DNA from: the human T2T-CHM13v2.0 reference genome, Homo sapiens | Assembly (NCBI RefSeq): GCF_009914755.1 | Contig: NC_060926.1 | Length of the DNA: 64,000 nucleotides | Direction: 5' to 3' (one strand) | Part shown: positions 29,541-43,404 of the stretch, piece by piece | Numbering within the stretch: position 1 is the first letter of the stretch | Layout of the letters: every line of letters starts with the position of its first letter | Notes under the pieces: model-generated | The model's input: only the letters and a program-made list of their open reading frames with translations | Told to the model about the DNA's origin: nothing | Databases searched by the model: none | Program-made: the position numbers and the translations under genes

Positions 29541-30237
29541 ACAACCCAGACATTTCAGATCCTTTTCCTAACAGCACAATTTCAGAACCCAAAACTTCAT
29601 TCCAATACCTAAAGTGGAGTTTCCTTATTTTCCTTTATCAGAGATCCTCAGTCCACTATCTCTTGGGTATTTCTATCTTGAAAGTCTTTTTAAAAATAAA
29701 AATCTGCTCCATACTTCTCTGAAATGAATACTTTTCAAACTCATCTTTATTCCCAAAGCCTCTTATTCCCCTTCCTTTCTCCTGCAACTGACTTTGTAGT
29801 TAAAACCACTGTATTACCTTTTTTTTTTCCCCAGTAATCCCATGCTGTTCTACACTTGAAAGGCTGAAGTACCACCAATAAAAGAGGCAGGGAATAACAG
29901 AAGAGAAAGCAAAGGGGAAAATGTGTATAAACTGGAAGTTTTGATAAAGGTTTATTAAAATCATAATTTTGAAGAGAATTGCCCTCTATCACCAACACTG
30001 TTAATGACAAAGTTATGAGAAGCATTGAGGGTCTTGTTGCTCTTCAAATATCAAGCTTAAAGAAAGCGTGCTATGAGGAGGCACTTAGAGGAAGCCTCAC
30101 TGGGGGCAGGAGCAGACTTTGCTAATGATAGATCAGCTATCCAGACCACCCCTCCCACTTAGAAAAGTAAAAAGGTAGGAAAAAAATATAAGAGCTCATG
30201 AGATAGTAAGAAATTAGAGATCTGAAAATCAAGTGAG

Positions 30238-31139
30238 TGATGGGGTTCAGGCTACATTATCCCAAAATACGGCACTTTGGCATTTGAGAAAACAGAAGAA
30301 GCAAGATCACTGTCACCTTCCCCTGGCCTTTCTCCCCTGTAGCAGAGCATAAATTCCTTATTCTAGAAGAGCCATCCATATACCCAGAGGTGCTGCTTGA
30401 TATTAATGGTGACAATCATTCCTGTAGTAGGTTGTATATAGTATCCTCCCAAAACGTATGTCCTCCTAGGACTTCACAATATGACCTTATTCAGAAATAG
30501 GGGCTTTGTAGAGGTAATTAGCTTAGTTAAGATGAGGTCATTCAGGATTAGAGTGGATCCTAAATCCTAGGTGTAATATCCTTAATAAGAGGACGGGAGA
30601 TCTAGAGGCACAGAGGGACGAAGGCCATGTGAAAATGAGGGCAGAGATTGGAATGGTGCAGCTGTAAGCGAAAGACAACAGAGGAATTGCTGGAAAGCAC
30701 CAGAAGCTAGAAAGAGGAAAGAAAGGATTCTTCCCTAGAGCCTTCGTAGGAAGCATGCCCATACCAACACCTTGATTTGGTGTTCCAAATCCCAAGATTT
30801 GGAAGGATAATCCAGATATCTTTATCTCAAAGATACCAGGGCACAAAGAAGAATCTGAACGCAGACCTCCCATTTATTACCATTAGATCATAACCCCTTT
30901 ATCTTACAATCATATTTCTCCATGACTGCCCACTCATTATCAAACCTAAGCATAAAAATACACAAATTTACTTGTTTCTTTGTGTATTCACTCCCTTATG
31001 AAGGCTCTAATGTTATGTAAAACATATCCAATAAAATTTTATGCTTTTCTCTTGTTAATCTGTCTTTTTTTTTTCTTAATATTGTCCTCAGCCATGAACC
31101 TACTGATAGGCAAGGAAAAAGAATTATTTCTCCCCTGCA
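30238..31139 (+). mobile_element. MER39/MER34-like ERV1 solo LTR, interrupted at 30391-~30800
   Basis: TGATGGGGTTCAGG...CCCAAAATACGGCACTTTGGCATTTGAGAAAACAG...; resumes with GAAGAATCTGAAC, has AATAAA at ~31030 and ends CCCCTGCA. Confidence 0.8.
30392..30780 (+). repeat. Duplicated copy of 28819-29206 (flank plus 5' part of MLT1C)
   Basis: Shares non-LTR flank TTGATATTA(G/A)TGGTGACAAT and the string TATCCTCCCAAAACGTATGTCCTCCTAG with the copy ~1.57 kb upstream. Confidence 0.9.
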
Positions 31140-34035
31140 AGGGGCAAAAATCACAGAGACAATTTTGACATTTGAAGCTGTTTTGGGCTACACTGGTGCA
31201 TTTTAAGAAATTGCTGAGGTTGGTCTTTATTATTATCCCTGGCTTTGGAGCTACCACCTTTTCTTAGATAATTTACTTTCAACGTGCACCTAGGTTATGG
31301 AAAACAGAAGCTGTTTCAGAGGAGGTTACTTCCTTGTTCCTGGAAATAGCCATATTTCAGCTGCCTTCTAAAAGCTACTTATGACCCCATTGAAGGACAT
31401 TTTATGGGAGAAGGGGGAGGATAAAGGTAGAAAAAAAACTAAAAACAAAATACAATTAATAGATTATATTATAATTTCCTATCTCATTATTAATTCAATT
31501 TATAAAAATTGACATGTCAGAGCCTGCTTTTTAGGAAGGATACAAACTGTGACATTTAGTTTGATAAAACCACAAATATCCAAATGTACTACATAAATGA
31601 AGCACACTGTGGACATACCATATTTTTTAATAGTCCACAGATTTAAGCAAATTACCAACCGTAAAACTTAGGCTAAAAGATATTGGTTGAATAGAAAGAA
31701 AAAAATTCATTTATGTTTGTAATTATTTCATAAACCACCAAAAGGTGGCATCAAAATCTTAAAAAGCAAAGACCAAGTAGACTGGGTCCATTCACAAATC
31801 CACTAGAAGAGTCCTACTGGGGGCATTGTGGTGACTTATTCACACTGTTTCAAAAAAGAACATGGATTCATCAGGAATCCAATTTGTTAGAGGTTAATAA
31901 CATTGAGCATTTGACTGCAGAGGCCTGTTAGAATAGGATATAGAAAATGTAAGGATAATTTAGACACCGATGAAAGAGAAGCTAAAGAATGCCAAATTCA
32001 TGTGTTGCTTCTTTGGTGAACAATTTCTGTTAAAACATCATAGCAAGGTTCTGAGTATAGTGATTGGGAAAAGGATGCAACTCTAGGACCACCACACTTT
32101 CACCAAATGAGAAACTAGACAAGGCATGCCGTTGACATTTCCACATTTTGAAATAAGGTGTTTATTTATTTTCTGGCATCCTGTTGAGAAACAGTTTGGT
32201 CTTCAATTTTCTCCTCTGCATTACAAACAAAATAGAGCTTTTAAAAGGCAAAATGGGAGTTGAAGCTGATAGGACTCAAGATTTGTGCCTTTAACAACAA
32301 ATTAACAATTAGCAAGAGCCATCAACAGTACTGGGAAAATCTGTACAGACAATTTAGATCATTTTCAATTGTTTCTAAATAAAATATCAGGGAACACATT
32401 CAAAAATAGCGATTCAGTAGATCTTAATATCAAACTTGCAGTCCAAAAAGCAAGAAAATATATTCCAAAACTACTTAAAACACTTAATTGCAATTATGCA
32501 TTGATCTTGGAAAAACAATACTAATATTGTCCTCTATTACTAAATAATATTAATTTTTTAAAGTTAACACAGAAAAAGATACAGAGTTTGATATAACAAC
32601 TGACTTCAATTACCATTCAACACATTGACTAAGCACTACCAAAATTTTGCTAAGCAAACCCTGTTGAATAGCTGTCTTAAAATGCTTCAATCAATAAGAA
32701 AGACAAAGTTTGTTTTACTTGCAGTCAAATTCTAATTCTACTTTCACTTTTTCTACAGGCTAAATAATTACAATTAACCACTGATTAATGCTGTGTTTAA
32801 TGAGAAATTAAGGCATTCTTCTGTTTTCTCCCCAACCCAAAACAACACTTAGCTAAAATGTATTTCATTGTTGACAGGAAAAATAGAACAGTGAGCAAGT
32901 CTTTTTCTAAGCTAAATGCTACTCATTTAAAATTCTTTCTTTTTACATTTTAATTCAGAAATATAAAGCCCATTAAGTTTTTTCTTCAGAATTATATATG
33001 TTTTAATAGCGTACTTTAGATTTTTTATTCTAAAAAGAAAGTAATTATATGTTTTTAAATCATTCAAAATATTATTTTTTCAAAGAACATCTACAATAAT
33101 CAAAATGAAATCTTTGGAGAAGCTGATGCAATTTTTTAAATAACATATTTACCTTCCATTACATTTTCTTCCTACCACATCTGATTTAATCTCATTGTTT
33201 TGCTTAACTACAAAACAATTTTAGCTGGTATAAAGTTGAGAGAAAGTATGTGGGTGATTATGAGGATCAAGTTGATGTATAAAAGCAACAATTTTAATTA
33301 TCACAAGAAAATGTTTAGTGCTAGCTCAATTAACTGGGGGAAGATTGTGATCTTAAGATACTCTCTGCATTTTAACCTTTATAAACTTGGATTGAATTAA
33401 CTGTTTGCCATGCAAATTAATTATCCAATTTCAGTGACAGGGTTAGATGAATGAATTTCGAACACCATTTTTTAGCACCAAATTCTCTTGTCACTATTAA
33501 TTCTACTATACCACCTATCTTAACAGAAGTACAATTCAGAATGTGGTGTGGTATCAGGGTTAAAAATAGCCTTAAGGGCTAAATTGATAATCTATTATCT
33601 CCAGTGTCTTTTTTCCAATTTAAGTTTTCACTGCAAGGTGAGCAAGGACAAACAATGGTGGTGTGCTTTAAATCTTTGATGTTTATAATTATTTAATAAT
33701 TTCAGTGGGTTATCCAGTCTAATATTAATAAGCAAGTTGTGATTCAAGAAAGATTGACATTTGGCATCCTCCTCACACATTCTTATGGCAACTTCATTCT
33801 CTGTGGCTCATTCTACTACCAAGTGCCTAAAACCTTTATTCTTCTCATTGATACTAAGAATTCCCCCATCATACCCACCAGGCAATATTTTCTCACTGGA
33901 TAGAGTAATGCTTTTTATGACTGCCTCAAAAATTGCCTACCTTGCAATTACTGTTTCAGAAGATAAAAATGGACTCTCAGAGATGTTAAATATCTTGCCA
34001 GAGGTCACTCATCTAGTGTGACATAGAGCAAGACC

Positions 34036-34309
34036 TTTTCTTTCTTTTTTTTTTGAAACAGGGTCTCGCTCTGTCTCCTAAGTTGGCTCACCGTAGCCTA
34101 AACCTCCTCAAGCGATCCTCCCACCTTAGCCTTCCGAGTAGCTGGGACTACGGGCACACGCCACCATGCCAGACTATTTTTTACGTTTTCTGTAGAGATG
34201 GGGTTTTGTCATGTTTTTTAGGCTGGTCTCAATCTCCTAGGCACAAGGAAACCACCTGCTTTAAGCTACCAAAGTGCTGGGCTTACAGGTGTGAGACACT
34301 GCGCCAACC
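34036..34309 (-). mobile_element. AluJ, diverged, with internal deletions; MIR fragment just upstream (~33950-34030)
   Basis: CAGGGTCTCGCTCTGTC...CTCAAGCGATCCTCCCACCTTAGCC...TGTAGAGATGGGGTTT (J diagnostics). Confidence 0.85.
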
Positions 34310-34599
34310 ATCGCAATTCTTTTCGTAGATTATCTGATCCCATTATCTGCACACTTTCTGCTTTCTCATATTCCTTGTTTCTGATTAGAGGGAAGAAATA
34401 AAGGGTAAAAGAAATGCTTTAGGAAGATGACTCTGCACATCTTTAATGAGTATCATTCCCATAAAAGAATATGTAAATAGAAACTCCTAAGTTTTGCACT
34501 GTACAACATGAGTGATCATAGGCAGTAGCCTCATGTTGATGATGAAAGAAACAAATTGTATATATTTTGAATTTGATAATAATTAATTACTAAATTTGG

Positions 34600-34960
34600 A
34601 GGACTGCAGAGAAGGAGGCCTCAAGGATGATTCTGAAACATAGCTTTAGTCTTAATTATCTTTAGAGTAAGGGACACGAGAAAAATGGCAACTGTGAACG
34701 GGAAAGTAACGAATTCATCATTAGACACATTGGACTTGAGGTATACAGGGTTCCTGCAAATAGAGATGTCCAGAAAGTGAATTTGATGTCCAGTAGTTCA
34801 AAATGTGGTACTGGAGTTTGAGAAAGAGAGGGTTTCATTGGAGATTCAAATACAATACTCACAGACACAGAAGTAAGAATTGAAATCATTATGTGGCCTG
34901 AAAATAGATTATAGAGAAAGTAGGAACATCCCAAGAATGGAGCATTAGGGAAAAGATAGT
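34600..34960 (+). mobile_element. L2 fragment
   Basis: TCAAGGATGATTCTG...TTAGACACATTGGACTTGAGG...AGATGTCCAG motifs. Confidence 0.55.
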
Positions 34961-35013
34961 TTGCTATTCAGAAAAATGAAAGGGTTAGCCAGCAAAATAT
35001 TGCTATTTAATAC

Positions 35014-35741
<728 letters not shown>

Positions 35742-36169
35742 AATACAGAATCAAAAACATTATAATCATATGAACCTGAACAAATGGAGAGACTTTGGAG
35801 GAGATGACACAAATACTTCTACAAAATGATACTGAGAGGAAATGGAGGATAAATTCCAAGAGGTGGTCATTAAATGTAATGAAAAGGAGCTCGCTAGGGA
35901 AAATAAAATAAATATATACCCTGAGATACATACATGGTCAGCTAGGCTCACTCATTTACCTAAGGGGTTTTTCCTACATACTAATCTCAAAATGCATCAC
36001 CTCCTTTAGCCTTTGCTTCAGGCATTTTGCAGATTGGTTAAAACAATTTGATAAGGATGTTGTGAGTAGTTCAAATTTTGTCAAAATCTAGAATTCAAAT
36101 GATCTACAATATCTAAAATTATATAATTCCAGCATTGAAGGGAACTGGATTTAACAATAGCAGCTGGGC

Positions 36170-36314
36170 AGAGAGAAATGAGGGAAGGGAAGCGAAGGGA
36201 GGGGAAGAGAGCAGAGGGGAGGGGAGGAGAGGGGAGGGGAGGGGAGGGGAAGGGGGGAGGGGACAGATGGGAGAGGGAGGCGGAGGGAGACAGAGAGAGA
36301 AGGGAGGAAGAGAG
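36170..36314 (+). repeat. G/A-rich polypurine tract with (GGGGA)n core
   Basis: Many runs of three or more G separated by short A-rich linkers. Confidence 0.9.
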
Positions 36315-36429
36315 TTTCCTTTACCTTGTTGCTTTTTCCTTTGCTGTAGGAAAAGATGAAAAAAAAAAGAATTAAAAGTGGTTTGTTTTTTCTCTTTAAT
36401 GTATCACTACATATAAAACAGACAAAATG

Positions 36430-36578
36430 TGTTTATCGCTTGTATTATCTGTGTCCCACATGAAAATGTAGGCTTTATGAGGGTACAGACTTCTGCTATT
36501 TTGTGACTTTCGTATCTCCAGCACCTCAAACTATACCTGTCAAGAAGTAAGTACTGAATAAATCTTTGTTGAATAATA
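36430..36578 (-). mobile_element. L2 3' fragment
   Basis: AATGTAGGCTTTATGAGGGTACAGAC...GTATCTCCAGCACCT...GTACTGAATAAATCTTTGTTGAAT. Strand tentative. Confidence 0.6.
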
Positions 36579-38559
36579 AATTTCTTGACTTTGAACTTTC
36601 AAGAGCCAACGTCTCAGAGATTTAAGGGTGACTTAAAAGATTTTCAAAGTTTATTTGGTCACATACGATTTTACACCTTATTTATCGTGTTCAAAATCTA
36701 GTCCCTGCATAAGCTGGTTCGCCACCATTTTGGACATGTTTATACACAAAATCTGTGCATGTGCTTACATAATATATCTATGGCACAACACGTGGTAGGA
36801 TTTCACATATACAAAATCATTTGCCAGCATACCTGTAAAGTATAAAGGAGAAACACAAACAGGAGCTTAAGGCTGAAGAAGAAAAAAAGAATAGTATTAG
36901 ATTTAAATTTTAAAAATACATTAAAATCTATCTCCAATACTTTTGAATTTTGAGTATTTTTACAGCTTCACTAACATTTTTGGCAATAGATGGATCTATG
37001 AAGCCCAAAGGTGTCTCATTATGGGGTGTCCATCAAAAATTGTATCCAAAAATACACAAGTTTTAAACTATAGATTGCATATTTATATTTTGTCAGAAAA
37101 CAAATTCACAGATTCTATTAAATTTCAAAAAATAAAGTTAGAAACTACTGATGGAAATTTAAACAAAAAATCATTTCTTAACTCATCCTCAGTGATTTTC
37201 ATTTATGCGTCAAGCACATAGACGCTAGGAGTATATGCTAGGTTCATGCTCTGTGTTCCGGTGAGACCCTTAGGCTACAACAGTAAAAAGATGCAAACTA
37301 TTCATGTCCCTTTAATTACAGTCTAGTAATATCTGTAAATGTGAAAAGTATCTAGTTTGGGATCAAATGTCTTATACGTATTTTAAAATCCTTTCTCATT
37401 TTACTTCATTGAATTTCAAATCAAATAATACCCCAATAAATTCAAAATGTATTATAAGAGCAATTCTATTTCATGTTTATAAAAATGTATTTAAAGAAAA
37501 TAAAATCATACATTTCTTATTATGTAGTGTAATATCATACATTATTGATAGTCAGCTTTCCTTTTACTTGTTAAAATATGCAGCATTTGGTTCTGATATT
37601 TTAAGTGTTTTGCACATTTACAAAAATAAAATAGTCGGCACTTTAAAGTCGCTATGATCCCCAACCTCATCCTAATGCAAATGTATAAGTTGCCTTCTTG
37701 CAAATTAATGAGAAAAATACATAAAAAACAAACTCATTTGAAACCTCTCTTATTCCCTTTCACTATTCATAGTGTTTCTTTACACTTTTATAAGAGTTTT
37801 ATTTTAATTAAGTGTTTAAAAATCTTGAAATGGAATCATTTGTTGCCAGAAGTGTTAGCTCTCTTCATGTTCCTAATCTGTCAGGCTCTTTGTTTCTTCA
37901 TTTACAGAATATTAATCTTCAGACCATAAAACAATATTACTTTTGTGAACAGTTTTCAAATTTCATCATTGTTCCTCTGATGTATGAATAGTCAGGTCAA
38001 AGATCTATCTAGAGTCCATATGAGATAATGGTTGTTGATTTCAGATTCATTTTTCCTTCTTTTCACAATTCTTGATCCCACAACATTATGGAGAAATGAG
38101 GACATCGTGATTTCATCATTTTTCTTATAATCTCTTTGCCTAGATGGCATCACAGCACCTGCATTCAGAGTAAAACATGAGTTTCTATTATAATGGAAAG
38201 AAAATTTTTTATTTGGATTTTCCCATAAGCTTATGTAACTCTGTTTTTTTACATGAGAAACTAATATTCAGGGTAAGTAATGATTGAAGGCCACTCTTAC
38301 ATAATGAAAACAAACATTACATAGAGAGCCCTGCCTTGCATTTATTATCACATTTGTATTTTTTTGGACAAAGGGATTTAATCAGTGAAACTCCAGCTAA
38401 ATGAATACTGTTGCTAATCTCCTTTTAGATACAAAATTTGTATTTTCTGCATATATTTACTCTCTTATTGCACAACACATGCACTTAGCACACTTTAACT
38501 TCATTTGTTGTCTTACTAAAAAACATTTTAGATGTCTTAATGAATATCATATATTTTAA

Positions 38560-39480
38560 GTCCCACAATACGGTTATAATTACTCTATATCATTAGTGTT
38601 CATTTAGATTTACTCTCAGATTCATATTCTTTGCCTTTTCTTCTTGCTTCGTTTCGGAGATTACCTCTGAGATTATCTTTTTTTCTGCCTGAAGAATAGT
38701 TTTTGTTGTTTCTTTTTGCATTTTTGTCTGCTGGTAGTGAATTCTTTATGGTGTGTCTGCAAATGTATTTATCCCTACTTCATTTTAAAATATGTTATTG
38801 TCTACAGTGGAGAAATTCTGGCTGGCAAGTATGTGCCTTGGCATCTTGAAGATTCTCCACTGTCCTAGGCCTCTAATGTTGCTCAGTAGCCAATCATTCC
38901 TTTGAGGCTAATCTTTAGCTACTTTTAATATTTTAATGCTTTGTTTACTTCAGCAATTCTGGGAAATTCCCATCTATTATCCCATTAAAAATCTCCTTGT
39001 GCCTCATTTTGGCTATTCTTTTTTGTTGCTTTCCTCTTTTGTTGCGAGACAGGTATTACACCCTCTCTTGGTATTCTCTCTTACCCATTTTCTTGATTTT
39101 TGTATTTGTTTCTCTGCTTTTTTTCTAGCTCAGCTGTGTCTGACCTGCTAATAAAATCATACTTGGTTTTAGTTAGTATATATTTTGGTTTCATAATTTC
39201 TCATTGATTTTTATTCAAATATGCAGTATCACTTTTTATAATTTCCAGTTTCTTGCTTTAAATTCTAAATTCATTTTTCTTACTCTGAACAGACTAAGCA
39301 CAATTGTATCATAATATGTATCTGAGAGTTTTCATAACCAGACTTCCTCTAGATCAACATGTATTAAATGATGATGTACTGATTCTAGTTTGTTGTCTTT
39401 GATTGTTTACTTGAATAATTATTTTCAAAAATAATTTGAGTCCTAAGATGTTGATGTATTCTTTCAGAAATGACTTCTGT
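38560..39480 (-). mobile_element. Degenerate old L1M fragments
   Basis: TTCTGCCTGAAGAA...GTCTGCTGGTAGTGAATTCT...AATTCTGGCTGGCAAG, resembling the antisense ORF1 region of old L1. Boundaries approximate. Confidence 0.45.
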
Positions 39481-42400
39481 TTTCTTCTACAGTAGTGTGT
39501 ATGAGCAGACCAAGACCAAAACTTGAGAACTGTGTGATTTAGTTAACTACATGGCCTGCTGGAGTTAAGTCCATACCCTACCTCTTGAAGGCAGTTTCTC
39601 CAGGTTCCTGCCCAGAGCAAGAATATTAGCTCTCAACTTTCCAGCTTTCCATTTGTTAAATGATAGTTTCCCTCTCAGATGCATCCAGGACTCTGACCCT
39701 ATTGTCTGCCTTTCAATGGTGTTCTTACGGTCGAAAATTCCCCTGAGAAGTGGCACATTCTTCTCTCCCTATTCTATGAGGCTGTCATCATTTTATTAAG
39801 ATAATTTTAATTGGTCCTCTTCTTTAGGTAGCTTTGACAGGAGATGATCTGAATCGTCTAGTTCACCATTTCATAGAAATGGATTCTCCTCAAATATTAG
39901 TTTTTTCATAGACGCATATTTGAAAAAAGTTAACATTTAAAACATGTGTATTGGAGATCTTAAAAATATTAACAACTTTTGCCCTAAAAATTCCACTATT
40001 TATTATTCCACAGTTTATTTTAAGGAAAAAAAAACAAAACAAACAAAAGCAAACAAACAAAAATTCATGGAAACACTTTATATATACAAAGATAATAATT
40101 ATAACATTTTTTAAAGAGTAAGAAAAAACGAAGTATCAAGTATGAGGGAATAGATGTGCTAATGATGCTTTATCCATATAATATAATATTATATAGCAAT
40201 TAAAAAAATTTCCACGATAATTATAATACCTAAAATTCAGAATATAAAATTTCATAGACTATAAGATTAAAACTACATAAATAAAAGAAAAAGGACTATA
40301 AACCAAAATGTTGAAAGACAAATTACTAAAAATCTATAGTAATTACTTTGGAATGTATTCTTATTTATGTATTTATATGTTCTCCTAATTATAAAAAACT
40401 ATACTACATTTACATTTATTAAAATATTATTTAATATCCATCTGAAAGGAAATATAGCAAAATATAATCAGTAATTTTATTTATATAATAAGAATTTCAG
40501 TTTTCTCCTCTTCTTCCAATTTCTTTGTATTTCACAAATTCTCTAAGTATGTACTGTTTCTATGATCAAAATGAAATGTACTCTAATTTTTAATTGAATG
40601 TTAAAAAAGTTTTTTTTTTCCTCTGGAAATAATGTTACATAGACTCTTCCTTCTATGCATTACATAAAATTGTCTCTAACAATAAGGTTAAGATCATCCA
40701 GAAGGATGTATAACACTCTTCAAAAAAAAAAAAGTTTTAGGCAACATGTTTGCCAGCTGGTGTTTGAGTAACAATAGTTCACACAAATAATTGACATGAA
40801 CTGGCAGGAAATTTTTTTTCAAGTGTTCTTTTCAAGATAACCTGGTTTTTAAAGACTCTGCTTACAGTGTTTAAATAAGCCCTGAATTAAAAGATAATTT
40901 CATATGGCACTAATTTTCAATCATTTCCTTAATGTAGAAACATAGCTAAAGAAAGAAAAGCAGTCTTTAAAGACTTTATATTACAAGTAAAATATCAAAT
41001 GCTATTTTAAAAAGAGCACATCTGGAGTATACCCTTTGTTCAATAAATACCATTATGTGTAAGAATAACTTAAATTAATTGCATAAAGGCAGTCTTCTGG
41101 CCCATATAATGTGTTCCTTTCTCTTCCAGCATCAAATCGCTCCTTGCAAGAGATCCTTAAGTACTCTATCTCTCTGTAATGGTAAAAGAAAAGGCATTTC
41201 TAATTCCTCCCATAATTGTCTTGATGTCCAAATCTAATTGTTGTCCTAATCCATCACCTCCAATTAACTCTAGCCTTGTTTCTTTAGTTGCTGTTGGCAA
41301 CACTCACAATTCTGTTTCTAATGCTGCAAGAGCTGTTATGTAATATTCATCTTGCATATTAGTTATGAATCTACAGATATGATTTCGTTCACAATAATTT
41401 TCATCTACAGAACTAAAGCAAATTAACCAAAAATGCATTATGCCCTTGAATTTTTTCTTGCCTGCCCAGCCAGTTAATTGTGACCTCGGCATAAGGAAAG
41501 AATGGCTAACTGAGCTGCCGATTAGGCTACTGAGGTGGCTAAACTTGTTTGGAAAACAGAAGGTTGCTCTTTACAAACGAATCTTGTAATATTGTAATTT
41601 TTACTTTCTTTTCAAACCAATGACTTTAAAACGCACATTTGCTCACCCTTGATATTTAGATAAACAAACCAGCAAATGGCTTTAAATTCTAAGTTTGTCA
41701 AGATTTTTAATCCTGTTTTCTCACAAAATTGTTGACCAGATGGTTTTATGCCAAATTTGAATATGAAAGTTTTAAATACAAATTTTTTTTGTGACTGAAG
41801 ATAACTTTAAAGATTTTATAACTTTATAAAATCAGTCTTTATTTATATCCACCTATTTGTTTGTATCTTTGTCTGAAAGGTTTTAAGATAAATGTATACG
41901 TGTGTATGTAATGAGAATAAAAAATACCAATATAATTAAATAATAAAAAAAGTGGGACAAAGGAAAAATGAGAAAAGGAAACGTAACATAAAGGAAACAT
42001 GCCATCAATACATGAAGTGCCCACCAACATATTTTCCAGCTACAGAATACAAATATGACTACAAATCTTCCAGTAATTAATATGAAATAAGAAATATGGC
42101 AAGTAACATAATTTGGTAAGAAAAAAACAATGAGTTTTTTTTCTTTCTTCAAGATGGCAGACTGGAGGCAGTGTTAGCATGCCTGTCCCACTTGGAAGTA
42201 TAGAATAGTGGATAGAGATTCATGCTGTGACTTTTTTTTTCCCCAAGAGCCAATGCAGGAATTTAACAGGAAACCCAAAAGAATCCATAGTTCCTTTGAA
42301 GGAACTGGCAGGTTGCAACCTACTCTGTGAGACAAGTGAAAAACTGTGAGTTCCTGGAGTATGAGATGGGGAGATTCTGCCTCTAAGCACATGTCCCCAG

Positions 42401-42988
42401 CAGGGAATCTGAAAATCCAGGTCAGGGAGAAGGGCTTAACCCTACCCAGAGCTGACATGCTTGAATTTAAGAAGCTGCATGAAATATTAAAGTAGAAGCA
42501 ACAGCAGAAGTGTCTTGTAGTCATTCCTAATCTCCACAGTAAATGTGGGGAAGTCACTTCTGACTATATCCCACAGGGGCTCTTGAAGAAATCAGCCAGA
42601 GAACTCAGGGAGGGGTCGCAAGATGAAAGCTCCCAACTGAATTTTATGATATAATCTTGAATGGGGACAAACTCCCTTGACCAGAATCTGGGGGCCAGCA
42701 GGAAGTGTGCTGCAGACATGAACACAGAAGCTCGCAGCTCAGCTTTATGGGCAGAAGGGGAGGAGTGTGGCCTGAAAGCTGTGCTTGCTATCTATGCAGG
42801 GAAGCTCATGGCCTGGGGCAGGTCTGAATTCTGTGAGCAGACTTCCTGGATTTAAACCTAGTAATTATTAAGGGAGCACTGTGGGAGTGAGACCAGCCTC
42901 ACCAACTGCGTGGGAGCTGGGTGGGGCTTTCTGCTGACTGCTTCTCCCCACTCCCACTCCGTTTGTGAATATTTCTGAGCAGCAGAGG

Positions 42989-43404
42989 TGTTACAGGTAG
43001 TTAGACAGGCATGAGTGAGGCAGGAGTGGGCTACCCTCCCAACCCACTAGGAATATCAGGTGGTAATTCAGCAACTACCACATTGCCTCTTTAAAAGTGA
43101 TAAATTGGCAGCCTGTGCCAAGAAGAAGCCATTTCCTGATATCCCCACCTGTTGCACTTAGGTGTTCATTGAATGCAGGTGCCAGGGAGAAGCAACTTCC
43201 TGGGCATTTGCATTGTGACACAAAATGGTGGAGTGTGACTTTCTGGGGACATTCCATTGGAAAAGGAAAGATAAGCCTCAGATGGACATGCATACAACTT
43301 CCTAAACACACTGCGTGTGTTCACTTCCCACACGTGAGAAGGGCACTGTGCAAGCAGACAGCCCATTCTAAGGGAGGAATCATGGGAAAGAGGCCAGATC
43401 CTTG
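42989..43404 (+). mobile_element. MER50-like ERV1 LTR, 3'-truncated, inside the L1 5'UTR
   Basis: TGTTACAGGTAGTTAGACAGGCATGAGTGAGGCAGGAG...AAAAGTGATAAATTGGCAGCC...GGAGGAATCATGGGAAAG. No 3' CA terminus or TSD found. Confidence 0.65.

Noticed and set aside
31735-31752. CTCF-like CCAAAAGGTGGCATC
   Set aside because: Mismatches in the core; a single weak match is expected by chance.
32730-32760. Strong-looking plus-strand acceptor (CTAAT...CTTTCACTTTTTCTACAG|G)
   Set aside because: No nearby strong donor or ORF; pseudo-acceptors are common.
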